DNA from: an uncultured Chromatiales bacterium
GTDB lineage: Bacteria; Pseudomonadota; Gammaproteobacteria; Steroidobacterales; BM003
Assembly: GCA_937128475.1 (NCBI GenBank)
Contig: CAKZML010000273.1
Span: forward strand, 1-60,381
DNA length: 60,381 bases
Reading direction: 5' to 3'
Positions 58,518 to 60,381 of this stretch are shown here, piece by piece; the first letter of the stretch is position 1; each line of letters opens with the position of its first letter. Below the pieces are notes generated by a model, which saw only the letters and a list, made by a program, of their open reading frames with translations, was not told the origin of the DNA and searched no databases. Both the position numbers and the translations under genes were made by a program.

Positions 58518-60381
58518 ATGAGTTCAAATATGAGTGATTCCAAGGTTAACCCGCTACTCGACATGACAACCTTGCCAAGGTTTTCTGCCATCCGCCCCGA
58601 ACATGTAGAGCCTGCGATCGCGGAAACCCTGCGAAAGAATCGGGAAAAACTTGAGAGCCTGCTGGACCGGGAGGACACTCCAACCTGGAACAACCTGGTG
58701 ATTGAACTGGAACTGATGGAGGAAACCCTCGATAGAGTCTGGTCACCGGTCAGTCACCTGAATTCCGTGGTCAACTCGCCCGAACTGCGTGAGGCCTATA
58801 ACGCATGCCTTGCCGATCTCAGCGCCTACAGCACAGAACTGGGACAAAACAGTCGCCTTTACCAGGCATTCGTGACGATCAACGAGCGCGAAAGAGACAG
58901 CCTGGACGCGGCACAACGAAAGTTGCTGGACAACAGCCTGAGAGATTTCCGGCTTGCCGGCGTCCACCTGGACCCCGAGCGGAAGGCCCGGTTCAAAAAA
59001 ATCCAGCAGGAATTGGCGGCCCTGGCAGCACGCTTCGAGGAAAACGTTCTCGATGCCACCAACGACTTTCAACGCCACCTGACTCATGAGGACCAGATGC
59101 GGGGCATTCCGGAAGTCACCAGGGCCCGGGGCCGTGAAGCCGCGAAGGAGCAGGGCAAGGATGGCTGGATACTGTCCCTGGACTACCCCAATTACCATGC
59201 GGTGATGTGCTACGCCGACGATGCAGCACTTCGCCAGGAATTCTACACAGCGTGGTCCACCAGGGCCTCGGACCAGGGCCCAAGCGCCGACCGCTGGGAT
59301 AACAGCACGGTCATCGAAGAAACCCTCAGCCTTCGCAATCAGATTGCCCGGCTGCTGGACTTTCAGGACTACGCCAGCCTTTCGCTGGCGACGAAGATGG
59401 CCGGAACGACGGCCGAAGTCGTGGCATTTCTTGAGGACCTGGCCAAGCGTAGCCGAGGGATTGCCCGATCGCAGCTTAAGGAACTGGAAGCGCTTGCCGG
59501 CCGCAAACTGGAAGCCTGGGACTTGATGTATTTCGGCGAGAAACTCAAGACCGAGAAATTCCAGATTTCAGATGAAACCCTCAAGAACTGGTTCCCGGTA
59601 GAAAAAGTCCTGGAGGGAATGTTTGGCATTGCCGAGCGCCTCTACGGAATCACACTTTCCCAGCGGGAGTCGGTGGACACCTGGCATCCGGATGTACGGT
59701 ATGTAGATGTATTGGATAAACAGGGACAACCCGCCGGCGGCCTGTTCATGGATTTGTATGCCCGCAAGAAGAAGCGTGGCGGCGCCTGGATGGACGATTG
59801 CATTAATCGCAATGGCATGAAGTCACCATTGCAACAACCGGTTGCACACCTGGTCTGTAATTTCTCGCCACCCACGGCATCTCATCCGTCTTTGCTGACC
59901 CATGACGAGGTCGTGACCCTGTTCCACGAATTTGGCCACACCCTTCACCACCTGCTTACCACCGTGGATGTTCCCGGCGTAGCAGGAATTCATGGCGTGC
60001 CCTGGGACGCGGTAGAACTTCCCAGCCAGTTCATGGAAAATTTTGCCTGGCAGGAAGAGTCACTACCGTTGATTTCCAGTCATTACAAAACAGGCGAGCC
60101 CCTGCCTCACGATCTGTTCCTGCGCCTCAAGGGATCGCGACAGTTCCTGGGCGCCATGCAAATGATTCGGCAACTGGAATTCGCCTTGTTCGATATGCGC
60201 CTGCACAGCGAATTCGATCCCGAACGGGGAGGGCAGGTACTGGAGATTCTGCAGCAAATTCGTGATGAAGTTTCAGTCATTACCGTGCCGAACTTCAATC
60301 GCTTCTCGCACAGTTTTTCTCACATCTTCGCAGGTGGATATGCTGCCGGGTATTACAGCTACAAATGGGCAGAAGTGCTTG
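58518..60381 (+). CDS. prlC: Oligopeptidase A (M3 family), runs off the window end (not in the ORF track)
   Basis: ATG 58518 after AAGGA. Reads NPLL...LPRFSAIRPEHVEPAI, WSPVSHLNSV.NSPELREAY, KRGGAWMD, LFHEFGH, WDAVELPSQFMEN and FSHIFAGGYAAGYYSYKWAEVL. Confidence 0.96.
   Translation, partial: MSSNMSDSKVNPLLDMTTLPRFSAIRPEHVEPAIAETLRKNREKLESLLDREDTPTWNNLVIELELMEETLDRVWSPVSHLNSVVNSPELREAYNACLADLSAYSTELGQNSRLYQAFVTINERERDSLDAAQRKLLDNSLRDFRLAGVHLDPERKARFKKIQQELAALAARFEENVLDATNDFQRHLTHEDQMRGIPEVTRARGREAAKEQGKDGWILSLDYPNYHAVMCYADDAALRQEFYTAWSTRASDQGPSADRWDNSTVIEETLSLRNQIARLLDFQDYASLSLATKMAGTTAEVVAFLEDLAKRSRGIARSQLKELEALAGRKLEAWDLMYFGEKLKTEKFQISDETLKNWFPVEKVLEGMFGIAERLYGITLSQRESVDTWHPDVRYVDVLDKQGQPAGGLFMDLYARKKKRGGAWMDDCINRNGMKSPLQQPVAHLVCNFSPPTASHPSLLTHDEVVTLFHEFGHTLHHLLTTVDVPGVAGIHGVPWDAVELPSQFMENFAWQEESLPLISSHYKTGEPLPHDLFLRLKGSRQFLGAMQMIRQLEFALFDMRLHSEFDPERGGQVLEILQQIRDEVSVITVPNFNRFSHSFSHIFAGGYAAGYYSYKWAEVL

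Overview
This is a GC-rich (~60%) gammaproteobacterial chromosome segment with no rRNA, tRNA, CRISPR, IS element or integrase detected. Bases 1-32.3 kb and 56.2-60.4 kb are mostly conserved core genes: hemH, pntAB, priA, argS, a SPOR protein, ntrYX-DUF4390-rsmB-fmt-def, lysM-dprA-smg-topA-tsaC-hemF, tag, hemB, aroE, then yrdA, gor and a partial prlC. A ~24-kb tungsten/formate block lies between aroE and yrdA. It holds a tupBCA-mobA-moeA-moaB operon that continues into an uncharacterised Asp-box beta-propeller/YqeC/MoaD trio, a sigma-54 activator with a degenerate receiver domain, and an HTH-PBP oxyanion-sensor-like regulator. It also holds DUF3305/DUF3306/polyferredoxin genes, a Tat-exported FdhABC, and a convergent cytoplasmic NAD-linked FDH of the W-Fdh1 type. 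Four sigma-54 promoters and a shared 17-bp enhancer-like motif can be read directly from the DNA. The top leads are (1) a DARS2-like element upstream of priA with three DnaA boxes plus IHF- and Fis-like sites, (2) an orphan, terminator-bounded secreted peptide with 10 EGKCG repeats (HvfA/MNIO-type RiPP precursor) and an extra His/Cys insert, (3) the beta-propeller/YqeC/MoaD module coupled to W/Mo-cofactor genes, and (4) a candidate structured sRNA between pntA and priA. All family assignments come from motif recognition by eye; no database search was run.
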